Source: Paramoeba atlantica (Eukaryota; Protista; Discosea). From it: a stretch of 64,000 nt of DNA. The translations under genes were made by a program, and so were the position numbers. Where the stretch lies: positions 434,001-498,000 of the forward strand of contig CDRNVI010000044.1 in NCBI GenBank assembly GCA_977017575.1, written 5' to 3'. Positions 1 through 10,351 of the stretch are shown piece by piece (positions within the stretch are counted from its first letter, which is position 1; every line of letters begins with the position of its first letter). The notes under the pieces were generated by a model. That model searched no databases and had not been told where the DNA came from. It was given only the letters and a program-made list of their open reading frames with translations.

Positions 1-324
1 CTACCTTTTATGCTCGCGAGCGGCTTCTTAGCTAACTCTGATAGACTGGATCCAGGATTTTTGTGGTTAAATGCAATCTCATTTATTCGCTACACCTTTA
101 TCATACTTATGAAAAACGAGTTTATCCCATCACTGAAGTTTGAATGTCCCCCATCGCCGGAGCCCTGTTTGTTTCGTGATGGTGCCGATGTCATTCGATA
201 TTTTGGATTCGACGAGTATCCGATCTGGCAAGAGGCCCTCATACTGCTGGGTATGATGATTGCGCTGCGGGCCGCTACCGCTGTTGCGCTCACTGTCTAC
301 GCACGGAAGAAAAGAGGAGTGTAA
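1..324 (+). CDS. ABCG-family transporter, C-terminal membrane region (partial, 5' end outside window)
   Basis: FLANSDRLDPGFLWLNAISFIRY...MKNEF, extracellular Cys pair, and terminal TM helix IWQEALILLGMMIALR, as in ABCG/White C-termini; frame is open to the window edge. Confidence 0.8.
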   Translation, partial: LPFMLASGFLANSDRLDPGFLWLNAISFIRYTFIILMKNEFIPSLKFECPPSPEPCLFRDGADVIRYFGFDEYPIWQEALILLGMMIALRAATAVALTVYARKKRGV

Positions 325-876
325 AAACGTTAACGAAAAATATAATCTCACTTTTTCATAATGACTGAGATCTCCGAAATTTTCTTAGAATATTTGAGAG
401 GTTAGACTTCAACTGGGAGACCGCAAATAGAATTCTCTTCCAGTATACGGTGGGGACATGATGCTGGATTGCATGAATTTTTTTTGTAGTTGGCTTGTCG
501 GAAGTGTCAATGTAGTGTATAGTCTCGTCGTATTGCTGCGTGATAAAAGAATTCGGTTGTTTATTGAATGTTTGCGTTTCTACAGTTTTTTTACGATTAG
601 ATTTTATCGATACGATTAGATTTTATGCGATCCTCCGTGGTGCCGTAGTGTGCAAGTAATGTGCCGTATTGTGCATTTGTATATAATGAATTCGTTTTGT
701 TATGTAAATAAAACTCCACTAGTACAGTAGCAGAGCTTTCTTCTCTAATTTCGTTTATCTCTTATGCGAAAGTATTGTTTTTCCAAAGAAATGAGAAACC
801 CTCTGAGAGAGAAAGAGGAAATGTTCATTCTACGTATCATTTTCTTAGATCCCCTTTACTTTTATCCGACTTAAAA

Positions 877-1515
877 ATGGATGAAGTCTCGCGTGTGTTT
901 CGTGTATACGTGAACACGTGCGAAATGCTCACCGACCGCGGATACTTCCTTCCAGAGGAGAAACGTGTCACCTCGATGGAGGAGTTCACCACTAGGTTCT
1001 GTGCGATCAACTCTTCAACGGGGACCACTGTTCCTCAACGCTCCCAGCTCACTTTTTTGTGTGCCAAAACAGCCGACCCTGAGGACATCCTTTTTGCGTG
1101 CTTCGCGGAGGAACGAAAAGTTGGGGCAAATCTGTTAAAAGACATTACTGCTCAAGCAGCGCCTCAAAACGCTCGGGTCATTCTGCTGGTGTATCCGGAC
1201 CAAATGTCCCCGATTGCACGACGCGCAGTGAGCCAAGTTAACAACACCGGCGACCTCCGTATTGAGCCCTTCCAGGAGGACGAACTCATGTTTAACGTCA
1301 CCAAGCACGAACTAGTCCCGACCCACATCCCGTTGTCGGATGTAGAAAAAAAGGATTTGCTGCGGACGTTTCGGCTCCGTGAGACACAGCTGCCGCGGAT
1401 GTCCGCGTTGGATCCCGTCGCACGGCATTTTGGTCTCACTCGAGGTCGGGTGGTGCAAATACGACGGCCCTCGGAGACGGCAGGGGAATACGTCACCTAC
1501 CGATTGGTAGTGTGA
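877..1515 (+). CDS. RPB5: RNA polymerase common subunit RPB5
   Basis: RVYVNTCEMLTDRGY, FQEDELMFNVTKHELVPTH, LPRMSALDPVARHFGL, IRRPSETAGEYVTYRLVV; ATG at 877. Confidence 0.95.
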   Translation: MDEVSRVFRVYVNTCEMLTDRGYFLPEEKRVTSMEEFTTRFCAINSSTGTTVPQRSQLTFLCAKTADPEDILFACFAEERKVGANLLKDITAQAAPQNARVILLVYPDQMSPIARRAVSQVNNTGDLRIEPFQEDELMFNVTKHELVPTHIPLSDVEKKDLLRTFRLRETQLPRMSALDPVARHFGLTRGRVVQIRRPSETAGEYVTYRLVV

Positions 1516-1753
1516 TAAACACAAAGAGGAGCACGTATGAAAACAATGTTTTTCTTGTTTGTGGGTAAATGTATTCAAAGTAGAGAGTACATTTCTTTGT
1601 ATTTTCCTTTCTATTTGAATGAAGGACAAAAAAAAGTGGACGTATTAAAAAACGTAAGTTTACTGAACTAGCGTTCTGGCTTAAGGAAACGTTTGTTCTT
1701 CACTTTTTATCCTCGCGCATAAAAAGGTCTCCTTTTCTCAACTTCTTTTCTCC

Positions 1754-3103
1754 ATGCGTTTCATATTGTACTTACAACCCGAGGAAGCAGAGGAAATTAC
1801 CTTCCACCTCCAAAAAGCCATACACGCCGCCTCCGACACCTCCCCCCTTCACAACGCCACCGTGGAGTGTCATTTCCCCCAGGACTACATCCACCAATGC
1901 ACCCTGGAGGCCGCCTCTCTCTCCATTTCCGACGAAGATGACATCCTTTTCGTCGACCCCCTCGCCCACCCTCGCTACCTCTCCACCGTAACCTACGCGC
2001 TTTACACCAAACGTATTCCCGTGTTAGTGAAACAACAATCTGAGGAAACGGAAGGTAAAAATGAAGAAAATGATAAAAATGAAAAAAGCGAAAAAAATGA
2101 AAAAAGCGAAAAAATTGCAGAAGGCGAAAAAAATGAAAAAAGCGACAAAAAGGAAAAAAGCGACAAAAATGAACAAAACGACCAAAATGAAAGAAGCGAC
2201 AAAAATGAACAAAACGACCCAAATGAAGAAAATACCCACAACCACAACCCCCCCACCCCCTCCCTCCTCACCCCCCACCCCCTCCTCCACTTCACCACCT
2301 CCCTCCCCCAATCCCTCCACTTCCTTACCCACTTCCCCGCCCCCGGCACCCTCATCTCCCTCGAGGGCGGGGACGGCGCGGGGAAGCAAACCCAGACCGC
2401 CCTGCTCGTCGCCGCGCTCCGCCGCACCGGCCGTCCCGTCCACACCCTCGACTTCCCCCACGACCCCAGCTGCTGCGGGAAGACCATTCGGCGCATCCTC
2501 CGCGGGGAGTTCGGGTCGATGGGGCAGGTGGACCCGCTGCTGTTCGCGGCGCTGTACGGGGTGAACCGGTGGGACAGCGCGGGGGTGCTGCGGTTCTGGC
2601 TCCGCAAAGGGGCGGTGGTGGTGCTGGACCGGTACGTGGAGGCGAATTTTGGGCACCAGGCGAGTCGGGTGGGGGGGGAGGGGGCGCGGGAGAGGGTGGT
2701 GGGGTCGCTGGGGGCGTTTGAGCATGGGTGGTTGGGGCTGCCGGTGTCGCAGTTGGTGCTGTATTTGGATTTGCCCCCGGAGGTGGCGTTGCGGGCGATG
2801 CGGGAGGATGGCGCGAGGAGGGGGTTGGATATGCATGAGAGTGCGGGGGTGGCGTATAAGGAGAGGGTGCGGCAAACGTTTTTGTGGTGTGCGCAACGGG
2901 ATCCGAAGAAATGGGTGGTGATACCTTCGTTGGAGGAAAACGGTGAGGTGACGGAGGGCACGGGGATGCCGGTGCGACGGTCAAGGGAATGCGTACATGC
3001 GCAGTGTATGGAAGTTGTCGAGGCTTTGCTGAAGAGAAAACAAATGCATCATGAAGGCAAAGAAAGAAAAAACAATCCCGTGGCTAAGGCGCAAATGGGG
3101 TAA
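1754..3103 (+). CDS. TMK: Thymidylate kinase with N-terminal extension and an E/K/N low-complexity linker
   Basis: P-loop ISLEGGDGAGKQTQ, LDFP, LDRYVEANFGHQ, LYLDLPPEVAL, LDMHE; A-rich 9-nt-period repeat at about 2050-2235 encodes EKNEKSEK... Confidence 0.9.
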   Translation: MRFILYLQPEEAEEITFHLQKAIHAASDTSPLHNATVECHFPQDYIHQCTLEAASLSISDEDDILFVDPLAHPRYLSTVTYALYTKRIPVLVKQQSEETEGKNEENDKNEKSEKNEKSEKIAEGEKNEKSDKKEKSDKNEQNDQNERSDKNEQNDPNEENTHNHNPPTPSLLTPHPLLHFTTSLPQSLHFLTHFPAPGTLISLEGGDGAGKQTQTALLVAALRRTGRPVHTLDFPHDPSCCGKTIRRILRGEFGSMGQVDPLLFAALYGVNRWDSAGVLRFWLRKGAVVVLDRYVEANFGHQASRVGGEGARERVVGSLGAFEHGWLGLPVSQLVLYLDLPPEVALRAMREDGARRGLDMHESAGVAYKERVRQTFLWCAQRDPKKWVVIPSLEENGEVTEGTGMPVRRSRECVHAQCMEVVEALLKRKQMHHEGKERKNNPVAKAQMG

Positions 3104-3399
3104 TGATGTGGGAGGTGGCATGAGTGATTGAAATTTTACCTTAAAGAATCAACAGTTGAAGTTTCGGCCAAATTTTCTCTTCCATGTAAAAGGAGGACGC
3201 ACCACGTAGCAAGCGCTTTTATGTAGAAATGTCTTCTACGGTTTACTTGGGCGTTTATGTTTTTATGTGTGCTTAATGTATGTGTGCCTACTACATGTTA
3301 CGCTATTCTTTTCGTACCAGGAATATCACGTAATTTTTTTGCCCCCCCTTACTCTTTATTTTCACTCAAGATTTCACCCCAGAAACCCCTGTCTTCCCC

Positions 3400-5064
3400 A
3401 TGCATTGGTATGGACCCACGTGCCTTCCCACGCGAAAAATCCTTACTTCACGCGAGCGCAAAATCATCGACCTCGCCTCCGCCGTCTACGGACGTGGCAT
3501 CCAATTCATGAAAAGCTGCCCCTCCCTGGAACACCTCCCGAGCGGACTGCAGTCTCACCCAGAGGTGTGCCTGGTGGGTCCGACCAACAGCGGCAAGTCC
3601 AGCATTATCTACGGACTCACCGGGAAGGCAAAACTCGCCCGGGCCTCTGGAAAGCCTGGAAACACATCTAATTTGCGGTTTTATCACATCGGTGGGTGTT
3701 TTTTGCTCGCCGACGCGTGTGGGTATGGAGTCCGACGTCACCAGGGGCCGCGGTGGAGGGCCCAGAGTCTCACGCACAGCGCCTTTATGAAACAGTACCT
3801 CGCAACCCGAGTGAATCTCCAACACGTGTATTGGGTTCTTGACGCTTCTCACCGTTTCCTGCCCATGACCTGGCGCGATGTGGAGTATTATATTTGGATG
3901 AGGAGGTACAACGTACCACACACGATTGTAGCGACAAAAATAGATCGCATCGATCCCGGCCACCTCTCACGTTGGATGCAGGTCGTACGAGCGGTATTGT
4001 GCGAGTGTGACGACGCGCTTGAGTTGCCACGTCCAAGGTATCGCCCTATGCTTGGGATTAGCTCCCACACTGGGCACGGGATAAAGGAACTTATGTTTGA
4101 CATGGTGTATCACGCCGCAAATGATTTATCCGAGAATCAACTTTGTTTGAAGGCGTTTAGTCAACTTACGTACACCCCGATGAGGACGACGACGGCTCTT
4201 GCAGCTGAGGGTCATCTCTCTCCTCGCTCCCAACTTGAGTGCGAAAGTTTTCATCGACGAAATCCACATTCTGTTTTAGATGAGGAAAGGTATGCGCAGC
4301 AAAGTGCGTCGTCCCAGTTACCTGTGAATCGGTTTCAGAATATGATTCTTGCCACACCCGAAAATGTAAACAGTGGAGAAACGAGTGCACGAAAGGCCAG
4401 CGACAAAGTTGTAGTGAAAAGTTCGTCACAACCTGATGTAATCCCCTCCTTGCCTCCCACTCTTGCTGGACGTTCCGTTTCCCCAACTTTACATGGAATC
4501 TACCAAAAGACAGCAAAAAAAGCGAATGAAAGTGACATCATGGAAACGCTGTCGCATTCGACTCTCTCGGAAGACGAGAAAGCGGGTTTTACGAAAGACA
4601 CTTACATATCCCGTTTCGGAGATAAGGACAATGCGGTCCTATCGGGCCTTGATCGACACTTAGAAGATATGGACCACACGATGGAGCGATTCTCCAAGGA
4701 CTATTTGGAGCCTTCTATGGTTTTCACCGACGATGCCTTCCTACAGCCAGCGAAACGAACACACTTGTCCCGTGTCCAATCTTGGCGGGAAAACGAAAGG
4801 CAAAGCTCAGAGGCACGTGATAAGAGGAAGCTTATTATTGATAAGTTGGCGAATCCACGAAAGTACCAATCGCACGTCGTTCTTGTAAATGCCGAGATCG
4901 ATAGCCCTTTCACGCGCTACGAACTCCATGCCCCAACCATAGGCGTTGGTGTTTCACCCACGGAAAACCTTTGGGGCAGAAAAGCGTTGTGTTCTCGAGA
5001 AAAATTATACGGTCAATCGGTTGGGCCCGGGACTTTAAGGGGTTGCAATATTAGAAAGCTATAG
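3400..5064 (+). CDS. EngB/YihA-like GTPase with long C-terminal extension
   Basis: G1 VCLVGPTNSGKSS, G2 GKPGNT, G3-like LADACGYG, G4 VATKID. Protein-like sequence continues upstream of the ATG (FTQDFTPETPVFP) past a T7/C7 homopolymer, so the true start may be earlier. Confidence 0.8.
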   Translation: MHWYGPTCLPTRKILTSRERKIIDLASAVYGRGIQFMKSCPSLEHLPSGLQSHPEVCLVGPTNSGKSSIIYGLTGKAKLARASGKPGNTSNLRFYHIGGCFLLADACGYGVRRHQGPRWRAQSLTHSAFMKQYLATRVNLQHVYWVLDASHRFLPMTWRDVEYYIWMRRYNVPHTIVATKIDRIDPGHLSRWMQVVRAVLCECDDALELPRPRYRPMLGISSHTGHGIKELMFDMVYHAANDLSENQLCLKAFSQLTYTPMRTTTALAAEGHLSPRSQLECESFHRRNPHSVLDEERYAQQSASSQLPVNRFQNMILATPENVNSGETSARKASDKVVVKSSSQPDVIPSLPPTLAGRSVSPTLHGIYQKTAKKANESDIMETLSHSTLSEDEKAGFTKDTYISRFGDKDNAVLSGLDRHLEDMDHTMERFSKDYLEPSMVFTDDAFLQPAKRTHLSRVQSWRENERQSSEARDKRKLIIDKLANPRKYQSHVVLVNAEIDSPFTRYELHAPTIGVGVSPTENLWGRKALCSREKLYGQSVGPGTLRGCNIRKL

Positions 5065-5639
5065 ATTCACAAATGCAGATTAGGGCCCCACATCAAAATG
5101 AGATCGCTTGCGCATCAAAGAAATGCGCGCGGTGGCACATCCTTTAATGCTTGTACACCCCATGGCAAAAATGAAAATCATCAGTGTCTCTTTCATCGAC
5201 CATACCCCCCCCTTTTTTGGGGATTTTATCACCCGGCTTGATTCACCCCCACCCGCATGCCATAAAGAAGAAAGAGGCAGAGGTTGTAAACAACCCCCGC
5301 AATATCTTTACCTCAAGACTTGCAGTCCCTGAATGCGAGACAAACTTTGGAAAACGACTCTTCAACTTCTTCACTTTGCTGAATCTGTGGTTCTGGGGAT
5401 TCTAAGGTTCGAGGAAAAGTGGAGGCTAAGTGATCTGATAGGGTGTGAGTGATTTCTGAGAGTTCTGCATGAAAAGAGCGGTCTGTTACACATTTACTTT
5501 ACCCCTCCTGCTTATGAGTTCCCCCAATTCTGGTACGCTTATGAGTTCCTTTTTCTAAGGCGAATGTTTTGTACCCACTTTTCGCGAAGCAATCTTTTTT
5601 TTGCACTGAACAAAAATTCATAAAAACCCCAACATGGAT

Positions 5640-7357
5640 CCAATCCAATCCAAAAAGGCCGGTATAAATCGGCTAGAAACACTACCGTTTCGTATTTCGT
5701 GAGGACACCTTTCTCTTAGGTGAATCCTCCCTCTGAATACCCACCGTTTCATGTAGTACCCTTGGTCCTTCATGATCTTTATTTTTTCCAACACCATGCC
5801 CCCCCAGTAATAAGTCCTCACTCTCTTCGGATGATTTCACTCCGGAATCTCTAGGAAGTAATACACCTTTTTTTGTTGATTGGTTCCCCCCAGTATTTGA
5901 TATCTTGCGTTTGTTAGCAATATTATTACCGTTACTCTTGGGATTATAAATTTCTCGCATTTGTGAAGGGTTTACGAGCTCCGTGGTATGGCCATTCAAT
6001 GTATTTTTCCTCTTTGTTTCCGGAGAGGATGTCGCAAATTTGCGAGAGCCAGCAAGTGCTAGCGCATCGGCTTTCTCGTTATGGACATTTCCATTGTGTG
6101 ACTTTACCACATTGTGTGACACAACATATAATATTTTTAGCTTGTAGAGAACGGACCTGAAAATCTATGTCTTCTAGCAACTTTCCGTTTGGCACACTAC
6201 CATACCCAATCACACGACTTCTGAGACGCATGTGGTGGAAAAAGTTCCAAACGTAGAATGAATCCGTATGTATCATGATGGCATCAATTCCTGGTGGGAT
6301 TCTCTTGATCGCCTCATAAAAGGCTTCTGCTTCAGCTATCTCGGCCGAAGGAGCCTCAAGTCGTAATGATATAAACTTGTCTTGTGTCCACTTTTGTCGG
6401 ATTACTAGGCCCGCTCCGCTTCTGTATTCTTGTTTAGTTTTAAGTAAGCGGACAGACCCATCGATGTAAATGTGTATCTCTTTATCTTTGATGGGAAATG
6501 GTTCTCTATCTTCTTCCAAAAACTGTAAATCATACAAGCTTTCTTTTTCGATCGCGTCTTTGTAAAGGCTTTTCCATTTTGATGTTTTAACGCGAACGTA
6601 ATCAGGGAGTGGTTCTAATATTTGGTGTAAATTTTCAGAGTTTTTTCCAATGAATGCGGTCTTGAGAGTGCACCAGAGCTTCCTCCAGAGTTATCCCCAG
6701 ATCTCTGATGCATGATTCAGCTGGTGACATGGAGCGCGACGTTTCCTTGCTTTTCCATTGTATAAGTTCTCTAAACATCGAGGAGTGTCGAAGAATATGT
6801 CCTACAAGCTTTGCGCGGCTGACACGGTGTATTGTTGAAAAGCGCGGTGTACCACAATATAAAGATTCCAATGGGTAGCAGTGACCAAATTCATCCAGCT
6901 TTGCACATTGGCACGCGAATCTACGCATCATGTTTATTTCGACCTCAATAGAGCGAATCATGGCATTAGGAATTGTTATTGAAGCTGCTCCAAATGTGAG
7001 TATGGGGTAAACGAGACAATTGAACAAGCGTAGTTTCGTCTCTGCGTTCAATGGTGAATCCCAAATTCCTCGTAGTTTGCGGAACGCTGCCCACGTTAGT
7101 CGTAATCTATCTTTCACGGATGAGGAAGAATCGGCAGCGTCCTGCATGTTCCCAAGATACCGGTATTTATCGACATACGGGATTTTCCCAAAAGAAATAG
7201 TACGAAGATCGCGAGTTCCGCCAGGAATTTTTCCGAATGCCAACCAAGCAGTCTTAGTCTGACCAACGGCAATGTGTAGATTAGCCTGTTTTGCCTCATT
7301 TGCTGTTGATTCAATCATTTGAGAAAGTTCACGCTTTGTGGAAGCTAGCAGGGCAAT
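5640..7357 (-). mobile_element. Non-LTR retrotransposon copy A, 3' part (RT end, thumb, RNase H), frameshifted
   Basis: IPYVDKYRYLG, RAKLVGHILRH, RNase H HIYIDGS...AEAEA...IHTDS...VKSHNGNVHNEKADALA across ORFs 6635-7318, 6079-6537 and 5682-6122; colinear with copies B and C. Confidence 0.9.
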
Positions 7358-7449
7358 TGCGGTAGTTATAAAACTACCGCTCTACCCTCGATTAATGAAA
7401 AAAAAGCGAACAAAAACAGTGAAAATATAAAGGGGAACACAGTAATATA

Positions 7450-8190
7450 CAGGGGTGTAAATTTGGATGTGGGGGGGTCTAAAATTTATAAAAATTGGCC
7501 AATTTCGGAAAATAATAGCGCATTCGAGAGCTCTCGAACAGGGCTCATGAACGTAACATGACCGAACTAGGCACAAGGGGGTATTACCCCCTAGACAAAG
7601 AACCCCCAAATGCTATTTGCAACTTTCTAAAGCAATAGCAAATATCAAAAAAAAAAATTATTAATTGCCATTATCGTCGTTTTATCTCAATTACAATACG
7701 GCATCGCTTTCGAAAGCTCTGCATGGCATTTTCAGGGGCCTTGAAACGCTGCTTCGATCGCAATGATCAAATCTGCGCGATTCCGAGGGGCTCAACCATT
7801 TTTGAAGTCGCCCACTATGGAAAATAAATTTTTAGAGCGAAAAAGATTGTGTTGTTTCGTAATCGGCAACAAGAACCATGCACCAGCTTGCTTTTATGTG
7901 CCCAGGCGAAGAATAAGCCCTTTCGTAGTCTTTGTATTCGGGCGATCGCCCACAACCCCGTCTTTGTTGCATGAATCAGGGGAGAAATCAGAAAACCTGT
8001 GAAAAATGCAAGATTTTGTCTCCCAAAAAAATGAGTTTTTTTATGTGCACTTGAAAATCTAATTAACGCAGATGCCGTACATGCACGTTCATGAGCCCTG
8101 TTCGAGGGCTCTCGAATGCGCTATTATTTTCCAAAATTGGCCAAGTTTTACAAATTTTAGACCCCCCCCACATCCAAATTTACACCCCTT
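7450..8190. mobile_element. Non-autonomous TIR element (MITE), about 740 bp with about 110-bp TIRs
   Basis: 7450-7560 is the near-perfect reverse complement of 8080-8189; the left end is TA-CAGGGGTGTAAA; the left-arm sequence recurs at 43798. Confidence 0.8.
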
Positions 8191-8705
8191 TAATAGAAGA
8201 AAAAAATATAAAAGGGGGCTCCGGTGGTCCAAAACTGAAAAAAAAAACCTGAAAAAGGGGGGTCCAGGGGGGTTCGAATTTTTTCGCAAAAAAAAATTGA
8301 AAAAAAATTGAACTCGGCGAAAAAAATGACAAAAAAAATATTTTTCCAAAATCGTTTCCCCTATTGTATTTTGATAGTTTGGGACCTAAACTAGCTTTCT
8401 CCGCATTTGTTTTCGCAAGGTATCCCTTCTTCGAACTGTGGTGCGCCCCCCAAAATGACCCATTTTTGACTAAAAAAGGTGAAAAAGTATTTTTCGGACC
8501 TAAAGGGGCATTTTTGTGTCGAAAGAATGGTATGGTTGGAGTCGCATTCTCCACCCAATACGTTCGGTAGGCTTCCATTCATGCCTACGAGTGATTTCCC
8601 ACGCGCAAATGTCGGATTTAGTGCTCTGACAGCAAAAATACGCGAAAATCACCCCATTTTTACCCAAAATTCGGCTGTTTTTGGCTATAATCTTTCCGTT
8701 TTCCA

Positions 8706-8800
8706 GGCTCTTCGTTAAACGTGGCGGTAGTCTTCGACGCGAAGCGCGCAGTATGAGTGACTTCTAAGTTGAAAACAACCACCGCGTTTAACGAAGAGTT
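8706..8800. repeat. About 95-bp hairpin/MITE family (GGCTCTTCGTTAAACG...CGTTTAACGAAGAG)
   Basis: Terminal inverted repeats; related copies at about 48895-48970 and 58285-58308; adjacent 8585-8705 also recurs at 58148-58258. Confidence 0.7.
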
Positions 8801-9030
8801 ATATTGTCAGCGTAATTAATGTCCCGCAACCTTACTTCCTTGATCCCCCTACTTTTGATTCCGCTGGTTTGAAGAACATTGCCTAAGGGTTTGTTGTCTA
8901 AGGCTCTATATAGAATACGGTCTACAACATGGACGAAAAGATACGGCGCTAAAACATCACCCTGGAGAATTCCAGTTTCGATCGGAAAAGGATCCGTGTT
9001 CCCATGCGGCGTCCGAACAATTCCCATCAA
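8797..9030 (-). pseudogene. Reverse transcriptase fragment of the same LINE family
   Basis: VRTPHGNTDPFPIETGILQGDVLAPYLF...DINYADN; truncated by the hairpin element. Confidence 0.9.
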
Positions 9031-9285
9031 TTCAGTGTATACATAATTGTTCGAGTCAGAAGGGGCCCGACGTGAAAAGAATTTAATGCAGCTCTAATGG
9101 CTTGAAAGGAAACTGATGGGAAAGCCTTTGCGAAATCAACACCCGCACTCAGCCTGCTCTAACAGGCTCGCTCACTGAGTGAATAAACATTTTAGAGCCA
9201 GTATTATTGTCAAGGAAAACCCCCCGAGGTTCGCGCCGCGAGCCTGAATTTTCGCGTTTTTATGGCTCGAATTCTGATCTTGTAC

Positions 9286-9327
9286 GCTTATGAGTTCCTT
9301 TTTTTCAAAACCGGGGAACTCATAAGC
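9286..9327. repeat. Dispersed palindromic repeat GCTTATGAGTTCC-N16-GGAACTCATAAGC
   Basis: Perfect 13-bp stem; related copies at about 5509-5555 and 16926-16970. Confidence 0.75.
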
Positions 9328-10020
9328 AGGGGGGGTATAGTATTTGAATGGTGCGTCATATTGTGTGTAGTGAAACAGTTGCGGGTGTGAATGGGGTGGA
9401 TTTTGTGGAACGCACTTTAAAGAATGTATCAAAACAGAATGATACAGATATTGTGTTGTTTATTCATGCACTTAGAGTGAAGAGATTTGCCCTACTCAGA
9501 GTGCAGACATTGTCCACTTAGAGTGCAGACATTCCTTACCCGCATACGACGGGTGGATCACGTGAGGATTTGCCCTCGCTGGAGGAAAATGGGTGCAGAC
9601 AGCTGACTTCCGAGGTGCAGAGAGCTCGGTTGCCTTGTGCAGAGCCGGATGCGTAATCCCCATATTACAGTTTCGGGGGTTCAAAAACTGTCTCAACAAA
9701 AGCCTTTTTGGGAGGCATTGAAAAATGATGAAATCCGAAATAAGTTTGTTTCAAAAGTAAAGGAATCATTAAAATCTGTGCCAAAAAGAATTCGGTCGGA
9801 GGATCAGAAGTCCGAAAACGCGCCAAAAATGGAAATAGATAAGGCCAGCGAAATATCTTGGACAAGACTCTCTTCTGCTTTTAGAGTGTCCGCATCTAGT
9901 CTGCCCAAGAAAACTAGTAACGCAAAAGAAATTCGCATTGATGCTGAAACATATCTATCCGGATTTGACATGAAGTCTCTGCTGAAGATCGTGGGCAATA
10001 AAACTATGTTTGCACTCGAC

Positions 10021-10351
10021 GTTGGCACTCGACGCCTTGCGGCCCGAGCACGGGTACCCAACCGTAGCTACCAGGACGGGCGTCCACCCCGTTGCATCGT
10101 GTAGGCTGTGTCTCAAGCCTCCTTTGCGTAGGCAGCTCGCAATTTAGCGGCTGCGCTGGAGCCTGGTTCAGCTCGACGGTTCCGGGTCGGTCCTCCAGGG
10201 GAGCGGGGTTGGGTGTGGGCCTTGAAGGCACTCCTGATCGCTTTCCCTTTGTAGTGAGGCCGCCAGGTTGCGAGTTTTGTCGATAGCGGGAATCGAACCA
10301 ACAACCTGCAGGTTGTAAGGCCCACCGTCTACCAACTACGCTCGCACCGCC
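10021..10351 (-). mobile_element. tRNA-headed SINE-like element inserted antisense in LINE copy B
   Basis: 5' tRNA-like head with A and B boxes; the 3' about 120 nt is shared with 16388-16513; it interrupts LINE homology between ...NKTMFALD and ...VKNHF. Confidence 0.7.
10278..10351 (-). promoter_or_regulatory. Degenerate tRNA-derived Pol III internal promoter (SINE head)
   Basis: GGCGGTG...TAGTTGGTAG (A box)...CTTACAA...GGTTCGATTCC (B box)...TATCGAC; acceptor stem 6/7 pairs, anticodon and T stems imperfect. Confidence 0.7.

Noticed and set aside
1797-2984. Long overlapping alternative-frame and antisense ORFs over TMK (also over the CDK-like gene)
   Set aside because: Shadow ORFs caused by extreme G/C skew; low-complexity translations
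10278-10351. Functional tRNA-Val(TAC) gene
   Set aside because: The anticodon arm is off register, the T stem has mismatches, and it is embedded in a LINE
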